DNA of 64,000 bases, taken from positions 1,760,001 through 1,824,000 of the forward strand of contig OZ241892.1 in NCBI GenBank assembly GCA_965203485.1, written 5' to 3'. Positions 19,567-29,430 of this stretch are shown in pieces. The notes under the pieces were generated by a model that was not told the origin of the DNA, made no database searches, and worked only from the letters and a program-made list of their open reading frames with translations. Position 1 is the stretch's first letter; every line of letters begins with the position of its first letter. Both the position numbers and the translations under genes were made by a program. The DNA comes from Longimicrobiales bacterium. GTDB lineage: Bacteria > Gemmatimonadota > Gemmatimonadetes > Longimicrobiales > Gaopeijiaceae.

Positions 19567-19711
19567 AGGACAAGCAGTGGGGCGGCGGACCACTGCCGGA
19601 CGCGGGCGCTCCAAATGTTCGGGGCCCATCGGCCAGCTTGGCAAGCCGGGCGGGACGGCCTGCGCCGGACGGTTCCGCTTTCGCGCCGCCCGCGTCGTCC
19701 GTAGCTTGGGC

Positions 19712-19737
19712 GGCAACCCGCGAGGCGGCGGACCGTC
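19712..19737 (+). promoter_or_regulatory. Candidate ECF-sigma promoter GGCAAC-N16-CGTC
   Basis: About 40 bp before ATG 19777; same motif as upstream of degP (58074-58100). Confidence 0.45.
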
Positions 19738-19776
19738 CCTATCCATATCTCACACAAGAGAGACAGAGGTCCCCCA

Positions 19777-22700
19777 ATGGACTTGTCGAGACACCTGTTC
19801 GTCCGTTGCGTTGCCGTTGCGCGGATCGCAGCGGCCGCGACCGCCCTGGTCGTGGCGGCGCCTGCGGCGTCGTCCGCCCAGTACTTCGGCCGGAACAAGG
19901 TCCAGTACGAGGAATTCGACTTCAAGGTTCTGACGACCAAGAACTGGGAAGTCCACTACTACCCGGCGGCCGAGGCGGCGGCGGAGGACATGGCCCGCAT
20001 GGCCGAGCGGTGGTACGAGCGGTTCGCCCGCGCCTTCCAGCACGAGTTCAACAGCAAGAAGCCGCTCATCATCTACGCGGACCACCCCGACTTTCAGCAG
20101 ACCAACACGTTGTCGGGCACGATCGGCCAGGGGACCGGGGGCGTCACGGAATCGCTCAAGAACCGCGTGATCATGCCGCTCACGGCGTCTCACCGGGAGA
20201 CGGACCGCATCCTCGGCCACGAGCTGGTTCACGCCTTCCAGTACAACATCGCCCAAGGCCGCATGGGCGGCGGCATCATGAACTTGGCCAGGATGCCCCT
20301 GTGGCTCGTGGAGGGGATGGCCGAGTACATGTCGCTGGGCCGCAACCATCCGCACACGGCGATGTGGCTCCGCGACCACATCCTGCGCGACGAGAAGCCG
20401 TCGCTGACCGAGATCACGCGCAATCCGAAGTACTTCGCGTACCGGTTCGGGCAGGGCCTGATGTCGTACTTGGGCGGCACCTACGGCGACGACGCCGTGC
20501 AGGACCTGTACCGGGTCGCTCTTCAGGCCGGCTGGGAACCCGCCATCGAGGAGGTCTTCGGGATGCCGGAGGACAGCCTGGCCGCCCAGTGGTGGGAGGC
20601 GGTCGAGGCCGAGTTTCGTCCGCTCATGGCGGGCCGGACCGACCCCTACGAGACGGGCGACCTGCTGCTGTGCGTGGAGTGCGGTGCCGGGCGGGTCAAC
20701 GTGGCGCCTTCGATCAGCCCGGACGGGCGCTACATCGTCTTCCAGTCCGAGAAGGACCTGTTCTCGATGGACCTGTTCCTGGCCGACGTGGAGACCGGTC
20801 GCATCCTGCGCCCGCTCCAGCGCAACCAGACGCCGTACATCGACGGAGTGCGCTACATCGACACGAGCGGCTCCTGGTCGCCGGACAGCCGCAAGCTGGC
20901 CTTCGTCGTGCAGGCCGGCGGCAACAACCAGCTGGCGATCCTCGACGTGCAGAGCGGCGACATCGAGCAACGGCTGCATGTGGGAGGACTGGGCGCCATT
21001 CAGAACCCCGCTTGGTCCCCAGACGGCCGGACCGTGGCCTTCACCGGCGCCAAGGGCGGCTTCACCGACCTTTATCTGTGGGACAGCGAGACCGACGACG
21101 TGAAGCAGCTCACGAACGACAAGTACGCCGACCTTCAGCCCGCGTGGTCGCCCGACGGCCGGACGCTGGTCTTCGTCTCCGACCGCGGGCCGGACACCGA
21201 CTTCTCGCTCCTTGCGTTCGGCAACTACTCGCTCGCGTTCCTGAACCTGGAGACGCTGGACGTGCATTCGCGCACCGTGTTCCGCGGCGCCAAGCACACC
21301 AACCCGGTGTTCGACCGGACCGGCGACGGCGTGTACTTCGTCTCGGACGCGGACGGCTTCCCCGACATCTACCACATGGCCCTGGCCGACGGCGAGATGC
21401 TTCGCGTCACCCGCACCGCGACCGGCATCAGCGGCATCACCATGCTGTCGCCCGCGTTCTCGTATTCGCCCGAGAAGGACCTGCTGGCCTTCTCGATATT
21501 CCACGAGCGCGGCTACATCGTCAACACGGGGACAGCGAGCGAGATGGCGACCTCCGTCAACACGGTGGCCGAGGCCGACGGCGCCGGCCGGATGCTGCCG
21601 CCCCGCCATCCCACGTTCCGCAGCCGCATCGCCGAGTACCTGACGGACCACGACACCGGCTTGGTGGGGGACGGCGTCTACGCCGCCAGCCAGGCGAAGG
21701 ACTACGACCCGTCGCTCCAGCTCGACTACGTGGGCCAGCCCTCGCTGGGCGTCGGAGCGGACACGTACGGCACCTACGTGGGCGGCGGCACGTCGGCCTT
21801 CTTCACCGACATGCTCGGCGACCGCTTCCTGGGCGTGGCCTTGAACGCCAACGGCACCATCAAGGACATCGGCGGGCAGGTGTACTACATGAACCAGAAG
21901 CGACGCTGGAACTGGGGCGTCGGCATCCAGCACACGCCGTACCTGTTCCAGCAATGGGGCTACAACCCGCAAGCGAACACCTTCAACATCCAGCGCTACC
22001 GCATTTTCGTGGACGCCGTCTCCGGGCTCGTCGCTTATCCGTTGTCGTCCACGCGGCGGATCGAGGCCGGACTCGGCTTCACCCGATACAGCTACGACCT
22101 CGAGCAGGACATCTTCCACCTCGACGCGTTCGGACGCGCCATCGCCCGCGAGCAACGCGACCTGCCGGCTCGCGACCCGCTCAACTTGGCCACGGCTTCG
22201 ATCGCCTTCGTCGGCGACAACTCCTTCCACGCCTTCATCGGCCCCGTGCGCGGACACCGCTTCCGGGTCGGCGTCGAAACGGCCTACGGCACCGTGGACT
22301 TCCAGACCCTCAACGTGGACTACCGCCGCTACTTCAACAGGGGCGGCCCGCTGACCCTCGCCGCCCGAGCCTGGCACCTGGGCCGCTACGGCGACATCCG
22401 CTCGCTCTACGACAAGCAACTCAATCCGTTCTTCCTCGGCTACGAGACCCTCGTGCGGGGCTACGCCGCCGACACCTTCAGCCGCCGCGAGTGCTCGATC
22501 ACCGTCAGCGGCTCCAACTGCCCCGAGGTCAATCGCCTCTACGGCCACCGAATCGCCGTCGCCAACCTCGAACTCCGCTTCCCCTTCACCGGCGTCGAAG
22601 AGTTCGGCTTCATCAACTTTCCCTACATCCCCATCGAGCTGACCGCCTTCACCGACGTCGGCGTGGCCTGGGACAGCGAGCAACCGGCGAACTTGACTTG

Positions 22701-22860
22701 GGCCCGAGAGTCGCCCGACCGCATCCCCGTCGCCAGCTCCGGCTTCTCCGCCCGCTTCAACGTGCTCGGCGTCGCGATCCTGGAAGCGTACTATGCCTAC
22801 CCCTGGCAACGGCCCACCAAAAGCTGGCACTGGGGATTCCACTTGGCGCAGGCTTGGTAG
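19777..22860 (+). CDS. Gluzincin peptidase-like + PD40/TolB propeller + Omp85 (BamA/TamA-type) barrel fusion protein
   Basis: Signal peptide; HELVH..EGMAEY; repeated (W)SPDG(R) PD40 motifs; VRGY and ANLELRFP barrel motifs; C-terminal Trp. Confidence 0.85.
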   Translation: MDLSRHLFVRCVAVARIAAAATALVVAAPAASSAQYFGRNKVQYEEFDFKVLTTKNWEVHYYPAAEAAAEDMARMAERWYERFARAFQHEFNSKKPLIIYADHPDFQQTNTLSGTIGQGTGGVTESLKNRVIMPLTASHRETDRILGHELVHAFQYNIAQGRMGGGIMNLARMPLWLVEGMAEYMSLGRNHPHTAMWLRDHILRDEKPSLTEITRNPKYFAYRFGQGLMSYLGGTYGDDAVQDLYRVALQAGWEPAIEEVFGMPEDSLAAQWWEAVEAEFRPLMAGRTDPYETGDLLLCVECGAGRVNVAPSISPDGRYIVFQSEKDLFSMDLFLADVETGRILRPLQRNQTPYIDGVRYIDTSGSWSPDSRKLAFVVQAGGNNQLAILDVQSGDIEQRLHVGGLGAIQNPAWSPDGRTVAFTGAKGGFTDLYLWDSETDDVKQLTNDKYADLQPAWSPDGRTLVFVSDRGPDTDFSLLAFGNYSLAFLNLETLDVHSRTVFRGAKHTNPVFDRTGDGVYFVSDADGFPDIYHMALADGEMLRVTRTATGISGITMLSPAFSYSPEKDLLAFSIFHERGYIVNTGTASEMATSVNTVAEADGAGRMLPPRHPTFRSRIAEYLTDHDTGLVGDGVYAASQAKDYDPSLQLDYVGQPSLGVGADTYGTYVGGGTSAFFTDMLGDRFLGVALNANGTIKDIGGQVYYMNQKRRWNWGVGIQHTPYLFQQWGYNPQANTFNIQRYRIFVDAVSGLVAYPLSSTRRIEAGLGFTRYSYDLEQDIFHLDAFGRAIAREQRDLPARDPLNLATASIAFVGDNSFHAFIGPVRGHRFRVGVETAYGTVDFQTLNVDYRRYFNRGGPLTLAARAWHLGRYGDIRSLYDKQLNPFFLGYETLVRGYAADTFSRRECSITVSGSNCPEVNRLYGHRIAVANLELRFPFTGVEEFGFINFPYIPIELTAFTDVGVAWDSEQPANLTWARESPDRIPVASSGFSARFNVLGVAILEAYYAYPWQRPTKSWHWGFHLAQAW

Positions 22861-22951
22861 GAGGGAGCTCGCGCCACGGGAGAACCCCCGATCGCCCCTT
22901 CGCACGGTTGCTTCCCGAGCATAGTCCTGTCGCACGGGGAACACCAAAGAT

Positions 22952-23920
22952 CTATCGCTTGGTGAGCTTCGGTCCCACGTAGACGACGTAGACCGGTTCG
23001 TCCGCTCGGATTGGCCACGAGAAGTGAAATCGGATCACGTCTCGCCGCATCTTGCCGTGCCAGCCACAAAGCAACGACTCGCCGGCTATCCTCGGATGCC
23101 GAAAGGTCAGCTGATCGCGAAATGCCTGTTTCTCCGTCCTGGATGAATCTGAGAAGACGGCGCTGCCCGAAAAGTACTGCTCCATGATTTGATGGCCCTC
23201 AGGAGTCCTCACTCCCTTCTCGTCGAAGCAATCCACCAAGCGGTCCAGAATGCCGAACAGTTTCATGAGATGATCAGCCACCGTCCTCTTGAACGGCACG
23301 CCTTCAAGATGGCCAAAGCAATCATCGGTGAATTCGAGCCCTTCGAACTTCCGCACTGAAGTCTCCCGAAGCCCCCGCCACGACACCATCGGCGAAGCCG
23401 CCGCCGCCAGCGCCGTGCCCAAGGCCGTCGCATTCCGCCAGTTCTCCAACTGCACGGTCCGCGCGCTTTCGTTTCCTTCTTGCGCTACTCGGCGCCATGT
23501 CACCGAAACGGGAGAGAAGTCCCAGTCCGAAGGAACGACGCTGACCAAGTCCGTATCGACACCCATCAAGCTACGATACGCCGCCTCACCCACGGCCGAG
23601 TCCGTCACGATCTCGCCATTGATGTCCACCTCCAGCCAATCGTCTTCACCATGCTCCTGCGCGTCGTCCCAGAACGGGCCTCCCCGATTCAACCAGGCCA
23701 TCACCGATCGTCGTTGCGCCTCTTCCAGTCCTTGCACAGCCCTCGCCATCGGCGTCTCCCGCATCGGTTTCGCGTTCGCCATGTTCCGAGTACAGAAAAT
23801 GTCTCGCTTCCATCGACGGGCGACCTTGCGCATCTCCATCAGCTTGTCGAGTGACTTCCCAAACTCTTCGACATCGTAAAATTGTTGGTGAACCGATCGT
23901 TCATTGACCAAGAGATCCAT
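22952..23920 (-). CDS. nsnC: Putative Menshen effector (C-terminal RelE-like domain)
   Basis: Third gene of a tightly packed DUF262-ATPase operon; C-terminus WHGK..IRFHFSW..VYVVYVGPKL; lower GC than flanks; start 23920 or 23932. Confidence 0.6.
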   Translation of the reverse strand: MDLLVNERSVHQQFYDVEEFGKSLDKLMEMRKVARRWKRDIFCTRNMANAKPMRETPMARAVQGLEEAQRRSVMAWLNRGGPFWDDAQEHGEDDWLEVDINGEIVTDSAVGEAAYRSLMGVDTDLVSVVPSDWDFSPVSVTWRRVAQEGNESARTVQLENWRNATALGTALAAAASPMVSWRGLRETSVRKFEGLEFTDDCFGHLEGVPFKRTVADHLMKLFGILDRLVDCFDEKGVRTPEGHQIMEQYFSGSAVFSDSSRTEKQAFRDQLTFRHPRIAGESLLCGWHGKMRRDVIRFHFSWPIRADEPVYVVYVGPKLTKR

Positions 23921-23922
23921 CT

Positions 23923-25089
23923 TCAGGACCATCCAGCCAAGTAGCTCATGTCCTTGTCAAATTGGTCGAAGAACCCTTCGGGCCATTCGTCAATGTTGCC
24001 TTCCTCGTCGATTTCCGGGCTTATCACTTGCGACGTTCCGGCTTCCGCCGCATCACTACGCGACCGAAAGAAGTGCAGAGCCACGCCGCTAGCCTGCAAC
24101 ATCCCGTCCTTCACCGCCCGTCGTACCCCATTGAGCACATGATCGCTATGCGTCTCCACAACGACTTGGACTCCGGCCGCGGCAACCTGCCCCAAAAACC
24201 TGCCCATCTTCGCTTGGCCCGCGGGATGAAGATGCGCTTCTGGATTCTCGACAAGCAAGAGGCCTTCAACATCGCACGAAAGCGCGGCCACGACAACGGG
24301 CAGCACCTGCATCAAGCCAAATCCCGTGTGACCCGGACGATGAAAACCAGTATCCCTCGACGTGCGAACGCCCAACCTCACAGTACTCGTGCCCGCCAAG
24401 GGTTCGACCGCTAGCTGAAAGCCCGGAAAAAACGTCCCCATCCTCGCCTCCACCTGTCTCATCCACGCCCGTGGATGATCGGCTAACGCCAACGATTCAA
24501 GCACTTCCCGACGTTCCGCCGCGTGTAGAAAGCTCGCTGTGTGCTCGCCGCCGGGCCCAACAGCAACAATCACATGTGGATCCACCAACGGATAGTGATC
24601 CCTAGGGCCCAGTCTCTCTGCCGTCAGATAACACAAGTCTCGAAGTCTTGCAGCTAGGCGTCGACTGGAGCGCCGATGCTGTACCCTGTTCTGCTCTTCC
24701 AACGGAAACAACCACCGCATTTCATCAGAAGCATCCACTTCGGACTCGCCTATGCGCATCCGTTGTGCCTCCATGGACATCTCCGCGCGTTCTCCCGAGA
24801 ACCACCAACGATGCTCCTCGTCGTCGTCCCAAAGCGCAATCTCAAGAGAACGACGGCCCTCGACTTGATCAACTACGTCCGCAACGGTGCCCAGCCGTAC
24901 GGCCGCCCCGTTTAGCATCAACTTTCTGGACCATTCGTGGTCGCGAATCGTTTGGTGGAGCACCACCAACGCCTGGAGAACCGACGATTTGCCTGATGCG
25001 TTCGTGCCAGAGAGCACCGTGAGCGAGCGAAACGGCAACTTCAACAACGAAAAACACTTGAAGTGACGAAGATCGACTCTCGTGATCAT
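23923..25089 (-). CDS. nsnB: AAA_21/ABC-type ATPase with C-terminal DUF3696 (Menshen NsnB-like)
   Basis: GTNASGKSS Walker A, TGFGLMQVLP, VENPEAHLHPAGQ, VETHSDH, C-terminal IDEEGNIDEWPEGFFDQ. Confidence 0.85.
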   Translation of the reverse strand: MITRVDLRHFKCFSLLKLPFRSLTVLSGTNASGKSSVLQALVVLHQTIRDHEWSRKLMLNGAAVRLGTVADVVDQVEGRRSLEIALWDDDEEHRWWFSGERAEMSMEAQRMRIGESEVDASDEMRWLFPLEEQNRVQHRRSSRRLAARLRDLCYLTAERLGPRDHYPLVDPHVIVAVGPGGEHTASFLHAAERREVLESLALADHPRAWMRQVEARMGTFFPGFQLAVEPLAGTSTVRLGVRTSRDTGFHRPGHTGFGLMQVLPVVVAALSCDVEGLLLVENPEAHLHPAGQAKMGRFLGQVAAAGVQVVVETHSDHVLNGVRRAVKDGMLQASGVALHFFRSRSDAAEAGTSQVISPEIDEEGNIDEWPEGFFDQFDKDMSYLAGWS

Positions 25090-26201
25090 CCTAGCGTATC
25101 TTTCAGCACAGCACGCGTGCGCGCGAAACGATGCATGACGCGTTTTCTATCGTTGGTCGCATAAGTAATTGAAGTGACAAAATCATCGTCGTACAAGAGT
25201 TCTTGCATAGCACTTCGCAATTGGCTTTTCTTCGTGACTATAGTATGTTCGGCATAGCGAGCTAGGCCGGTGGACATAACATCCCACAACGATGCGTTCA
25301 AGACACTGCGACGTTCCTGTCCTGGTGCATACTTGCGAAAAGCGTGTCGTTCAAAAACCGTGAGATTGTTGTCAAGTCCCCTGTCAAGGCTCGCCGCCAA
25401 TGCCCTGAGTTGGCCATCGCTCATGTTGTTCATTTTCCGCAATGCATTTGCGAGAAAGTCGTCCATGCTGCCCCCATAGTCATCAGGCCCAAACAAGCTA
25501 AATGCGCAAAAGCGATTGACGAATTCTCGATCACGCATCGTTTTCGCGTCCAGGCTCTTTCCCGTTGCCTCCTGGAACAAAGCGGTTTTCACCGCATTTT
25601 TCAAAAATCGCGTGCCCTTGCCCATGAACAAGCAGTTGCGCATTTGCTGGCGAGAAAGTGGTTCTCCAGAATTTACTCTGTCGAAAATATCCAATTTGGC
25701 TTGATCTGGCACCTTCGAATCTATCGTGTAAATGATAAGATTGCAGTCTTCAATTCGATTCTGCAACTTAGACGTCAAGTCCGAGAACCGTTTGCCGTTG
25801 AGCTCACGTCGATCAAGCTTGCGCAACGCCAGGTCGCCACGCAGGAAACGTACGAATGTAGACAAGCGCTGGAGGCCGTCAACGACGATCATTCGGCCTT
25901 CGGAGTCCTCCGCCAGATATAGCACCGGCAAAGGGATCCGAAGGATGACGGACTCGATAAGCTTGCTCTGCTGGTCGTCCGACCAGATGAAGTCACGCTG
26001 AAAATCCGGATCGAGCACATACTGGCCGTTCTTGATTCGGCGGACCACATCGTAGACGGTCCTGCTCTCGTGCCGAATTAGGAGATCGTCCAGCGGATAG
26101 TCGCTCCACAGCGCATCTCGCTCGGCCAAGCCCTCGGGCTCTTGGGCCGTTACCGAGGAGTCCACGCCATGGAAGGGGGCGGTCTGGTCAGCGTCAGGCA
26201 T
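25086..26201 (-). CDS. nsnA: DUF262 (ParB-like) protein (Menshen NsnA-like)
   Basis: PDFQRDFIW, LIESVILRIPLP, VVDGLQRL, IFDRVNSG; ATGA overlap with the ATPase gene. Confidence 0.85.
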   Translation of the reverse strand: MPDADQTAPFHGVDSSVTAQEPEGLAERDALWSDYPLDDLLIRHESRTVYDVVRRIKNGQYVLDPDFQRDFIWSDDQQSKLIESVILRIPLPVLYLAEDSEGRMIVVDGLQRLSTFVRFLRGDLALRKLDRRELNGKRFSDLTSKLQNRIEDCNLIIYTIDSKVPDQAKLDIFDRVNSGEPLSRQQMRNCLFMGKGTRFLKNAVKTALFQEATGKSLDAKTMRDREFVNRFCAFSLFGPDDYGGSMDDFLANALRKMNNMSDGQLRALAASLDRGLDNNLTVFERHAFRKYAPGQERRSVLNASLWDVMSTGLARYAEHTIVTKKSQLRSAMQELLYDDDFVTSITYATNDRKRVMHRFARTRAVLKDTLG

Positions 26202-26313
26202 CGTCGGTTCGGTCGCCTTGTCGGGTTCGAAAGGTCGGTCGCTGGTGAACAGAAGCGCCCGTGGACTCTCGTCGGTCCCGTGTCGGGAGGCGGCGGATCT
26301 CCACGGTCCAAAT

Positions 26314-27261
26314 CTAAAACACCTTGATGTTGATGTAGCGGCCGGGGTTGGCCTTTACGTCGTCGAGGAGGTCCTTGAGGCTGGAGGCCGCGGCGTTCAG
26401 GGAGTGGTAGAGGGAGTCGTTCGCGAAGAGTTGGCCGATCGTGCCTTCGCCGCGTTCCATGCGGGCCAGGACGACATCGAGCCGCGACGCGGCGGTCTCG
26501 GCCGTGGTGGCGGTGCGGTCGAGCGTGGAGATCGCGGATTCGGCGGAGGCGATTGCGCGCTGCCACTCTTCGGCCTCGGTGATGCCTTCCACGTTCTCGG
26601 CGGAGCGGGCCAGGCTTGCGGTGATCGAACGGACTTCCGCCGCTTGGTCGTCGACGACGCCGGTCAGGCCCTGCAGGAGGTCGCGCAGAGCCACGACGGC
26701 CGCCTCGGTTCCGGCGACCGTGGAATCGGACAGCAGCGCCTGGATCCGGGCGAGCACGTCCTGGGCGCCGCCCGCAAGGTCGCCGGCCCGCTCGAAGACG
26801 CCGCCGACGGCCGTGCCCGGCAGCTCGTCCCATGCGGCCATTGCGCCGCCCCCGCCGCCCGGCACCACTGATACCACCATTCCGCCGAGCACGCCCGAAC
26901 TCTCCAGCTCGGCTCGCGAACCGACGGGAACGTCCCAGTCGCCGTCGATTTCAATGGTGACCGTCACGCCGCCCCGGTCCAGCGCGAAGTCGTGGACCCG
27001 CCCGATGTTGATGCCGCGCATCCGCACCGGATCGCCGCGGCGGATGCCCTGGGCGTCCTCGACGTGGGTGGTCATCATGTAGCGGCCGCGAAACATCGCC
27101 GGGCTGGTCATCGAGAAGAGGATCGTGAAGAAGGCCGCGATGCCCAGGATCACGAAGATGCCCACGCGGAACTCGCGGGCGCGCGCCGTGGGCGGCACCG
27201 CGGCGAGGACTTCCCGGTCGTCCAGCCGACGGACTTGCGCCGTCTCGGAGTTCTTGGTCAT
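26314..27261 (-). CDS. mlaD: MlaD/MCE family protein
   Basis: EFRVGIFVILG TM helix, GIRRGDPVRMRGINIGRV MCE motif, helical tail GEGTIGQL..NPGRYINIKVF. Confidence 0.88.
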   Translation of the reverse strand: MTKNSETAQVRRLDDREVLAAVPPTARAREFRVGIFVILGIAAFFTILFSMTSPAMFRGRYMMTTHVEDAQGIRRGDPVRMRGINIGRVHDFALDRGGVTVTIEIDGDWDVPVGSRAELESSGVLGGMVVSVVPGGGGGAMAAWDELPGTAVGGVFERAGDLAGGAQDVLARIQALLSDSTVAGTEAAVVALRDLLQGLTGVVDDQAAEVRSITASLARSAENVEGITEAEEWQRAIASAESAISTLDRTATTAETAASRLDVVLARMERGEGTIGQLFANDSLYHSLNAAASSLKDLLDDVKANPGRYINIKVF

Positions 27262-28049
27262 GACATCTCCACCACGTCGAGGGCGGCCTCGGCGGCCGCG
27301 CGGTCCACGAATGCGCGCACGACCGGATCGTCGGCATTGCGAAAGTCGCCCGGGCCGCCGCAGAAGCGAATCCGTCCGCCTTCGAGCATCGCCACGCGGT
27401 CGCACATCCACAATGCGCCCTCCACGTCGTGCGAGACGATCATCGAAGTCACGCTGAGCTCGCCGGAGAGCCTCTGGATGAGCCGCTCCACGGCAGCGGT
27501 GTTGACGGGGTCCAGCCCCGTCGTCGGCTCGTCCCAGAGCAGGATGCGGGGACGGCCGACGATGGCCCGCGCGATTCCCACGCGCTTCTTCATCCCGCCG
27601 GACAGCTCCGCGGGCAGCAAGCGCAACACGGCGGCGGGGTCCAGGTTCACGAGATCGAGGGCCTCCCACACGGCTCGGGCGGCTTCGCTGCGGCTCATCC
27701 GGCGGAGGCGGTCCGCGGGAAGTCCCATCTCGACGTTGCGGTAGACGTCCATCGAGTCGAAAAGCGCAGCGTTCTGGAACACGTAGCCGACGAGCTGGCG
27801 CACGCGGGCCAGCGAGCGGCCTCCTCCGAAGTAAACCGAGCGGCCGGCCACCTCCACGTCGCCGCGGTCGGGCACGACCAAGCCGATCGTCGTCTTCAGG
27901 AGCACGCTCTTGCCCGTGCCCGACGGCCCGAAGAGAGCGAACATCTCGCCGTCGCGCACGTCCAGGTCGATGCCGGACAGGACGGGATGGCCGAATGCCT
28001 TGTGCGTGTTGCGGAAGCGGATGACGGCTTCCCCGGGCGCGGCGCTCAC
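27258..28049 (-). CDS. mlaF: MlaF/Mkl ABC transporter ATP-binding protein
   Basis: GPSGTGKS, FQNAALFDSM, LSGGMKKRVGIARA, DEPTTGLDP. Confidence 0.9.
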   Translation of the reverse strand: MSAAPGEAVIRFRNTHKAFGHPVLSGIDLDVRDGEMFALFGPSGTGKSVLLKTTIGLVVPDRGDVEVAGRSVYFGGGRSLARVRQLVGYVFQNAALFDSMDVYRNVEMGLPADRLRRMSRSEAARAVWEALDLVNLDPAAVLRLLPAELSGGMKKRVGIARAIVGRPRILLWDEPTTGLDPVNTAAVERLIQRLSGELSVTSMIVSHDVEGALWMCDRVAMLEGGRIRFCGGPGDFRNADDPVVRAFVDRAAAEAALDVVEMS

Positions 28050-28837
28050 TGCAGGAACAGCGGCGGAAAGAGGGCGTCCAGAATAAGCACGGTCAGGGTC
28101 TGGAACATGACCGAAGCGGTCGTCGTGCTCCCGACGCCCGCGGCGCCCCCCGCCGTGCGGAAGCCCATGTGGATCGAGATGACCGGGATCGCGAAGCCGA
28201 ACGCGAGGGCCTTCATGAGGGAGTAGACGAGGTCCCAGGAGTGCCAGAACAGGCGCGCGCCGTAGAAGAACGTCTCCGTGCTGAGGTCCGCGGAGATGTT
28301 GAGCGCCACGAGGCCCGAAGCGATGCCCGTAGCGTTCGCGAGGCCCACGAGGATGGGCATGACGAGGAGGCCGGCCACGATTCGGGGCGCGCCTAGGGCG
28401 ACGATCGGGTCGCGTCCCAGCGAGTGGTAGGCGTCGATCTGCTCCGAGACGACCATCGTGCCCAGCTCGGCGGTGATCCGAGCCCCGACCCGCCCGACCA
28501 TCACCACGGCGGTGAGGACGGGGCCGAGCTCGAGCACGATGCTCGTGACCGTCACGCTGCCGAGCACGTACAGGGGAATCGTCGCCGTGATCTGGTAGCT
28601 CCCCTGCTGCGACGTGACCACTCCGGAGAGCAACGCGGTGACGAGAACGATCGGGATGCTCTGGACGCCCATCACGTAGATCTGGCGCACGACCTCTCGC
28701 CACGACACGCGGAACCGCACCACGGCCACGACCGTGGACGCCACCAAGTGCGCGATCTGGCCCGCGTGCTCGGCCCAGTCCCGCCACCAACAGCCGACCG
28801 CTCGAACGGGGCGCCGAAGCACCCGCTCGACGATCAC
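28046..28837 (-). CDS. mlaE: MlaE ABC permease
   Basis: ELGPVLTAVVMVGRVGARITAELGTM..EQIDA, GGAAGVGSTTT. Confidence 0.9.
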   Translation of the reverse strand: MIVERVLRRPVRAVGCWWRDWAEHAGQIAHLVASTVVAVVRFRVSWREVVRQIYVMGVQSIPIVLVTALLSGVVTSQQGSYQITATIPLYVLGSVTVTSIVLELGPVLTAVVMVGRVGARITAELGTMVVSEQIDAYHSLGRDPIVALGAPRIVAGLLVMPILVGLANATGIASGLVALNISADLSTETFFYGARLFWHSWDLVYSLMKALAFGFAIPVISIHMGFRTAGGAAGVGSTTTASVMFQTLTVLILDALFPPLFLQ

Positions 28838-29430
28838 CTCCCGGGAGCGCGCGGAGCCGTGCGTGCGCGGGAAGGACCGACGAGGAATCCCAGCGACACC
28901 GTTTGCTGGTTCTGGTCCCGCGAGGCCAGCTCCTGGCGGACCTCCACGAACGGAACGAACACTTCGAGGCGGTCGAACCGAAGGCCGGCGACGAGGAGGG
29001 CGGTCCAGCTTCCGGTCTCCGCGGCCTCGTCCATCCCCCCGAGCCGCTGGTACGTGGCGCCCAGACCAGCATGGAAGGGACCCTGGACGAAGCCCACGAG
29101 GCCCGACGCGTCCCACTGCGAACAGCCGTCGCAGTCGGGGAAGAACCGGTCGAACGTCCCGATGGCCGCCAAGCCGCCGACGACGAACCCCAGATCGACC
29201 TCGGCACGCCCGCCTGCGCCGAACTGCCCTTCCAGAAGGCCGGTCTGGTAGACGCCGTGGCCGCCGACCCGGATCTGGGCCGCGGCGGCATCCGGGGACT
29301 GAATGGCCGCCCAGCCGGCCAAGGCGCAGGCCATGCCCAGGACGCCCGTGGCGCTTTGGACGCGGGTCCAGGCCGTCGTCGGGCGGCCCGCCGCGGCGCG
29401 GCGGCGGAACCTCGGGGTCGTCTTGGGCAT
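28834..29430 (-). CDS. Putative small outer-membrane beta-barrel protein, first gene of the mla operon
   Basis: GGAG RBS; signal peptide ending AAAQ; alternating amphipathic strands, FVPFVEVR; stop overlaps the mlaE start. Confidence 0.55.
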   Translation of the reverse strand: MPKTTPRFRRRAAAGRPTTAWTRVQSATGVLGMACALAGWAAIQSPDAAAAQIRVGGHGVYQTGLLEGQFGAGGRAEVDLGFVVGGLAAIGTFDRFFPDCDGCSQWDASGLVGFVQGPFHAGLGATYQRLGGMDEAAETGSWTALLVAGLRFDRLEVFVPFVEVRQELASRDQNQQTVSLGFLVGPSRARTAPRAPGR

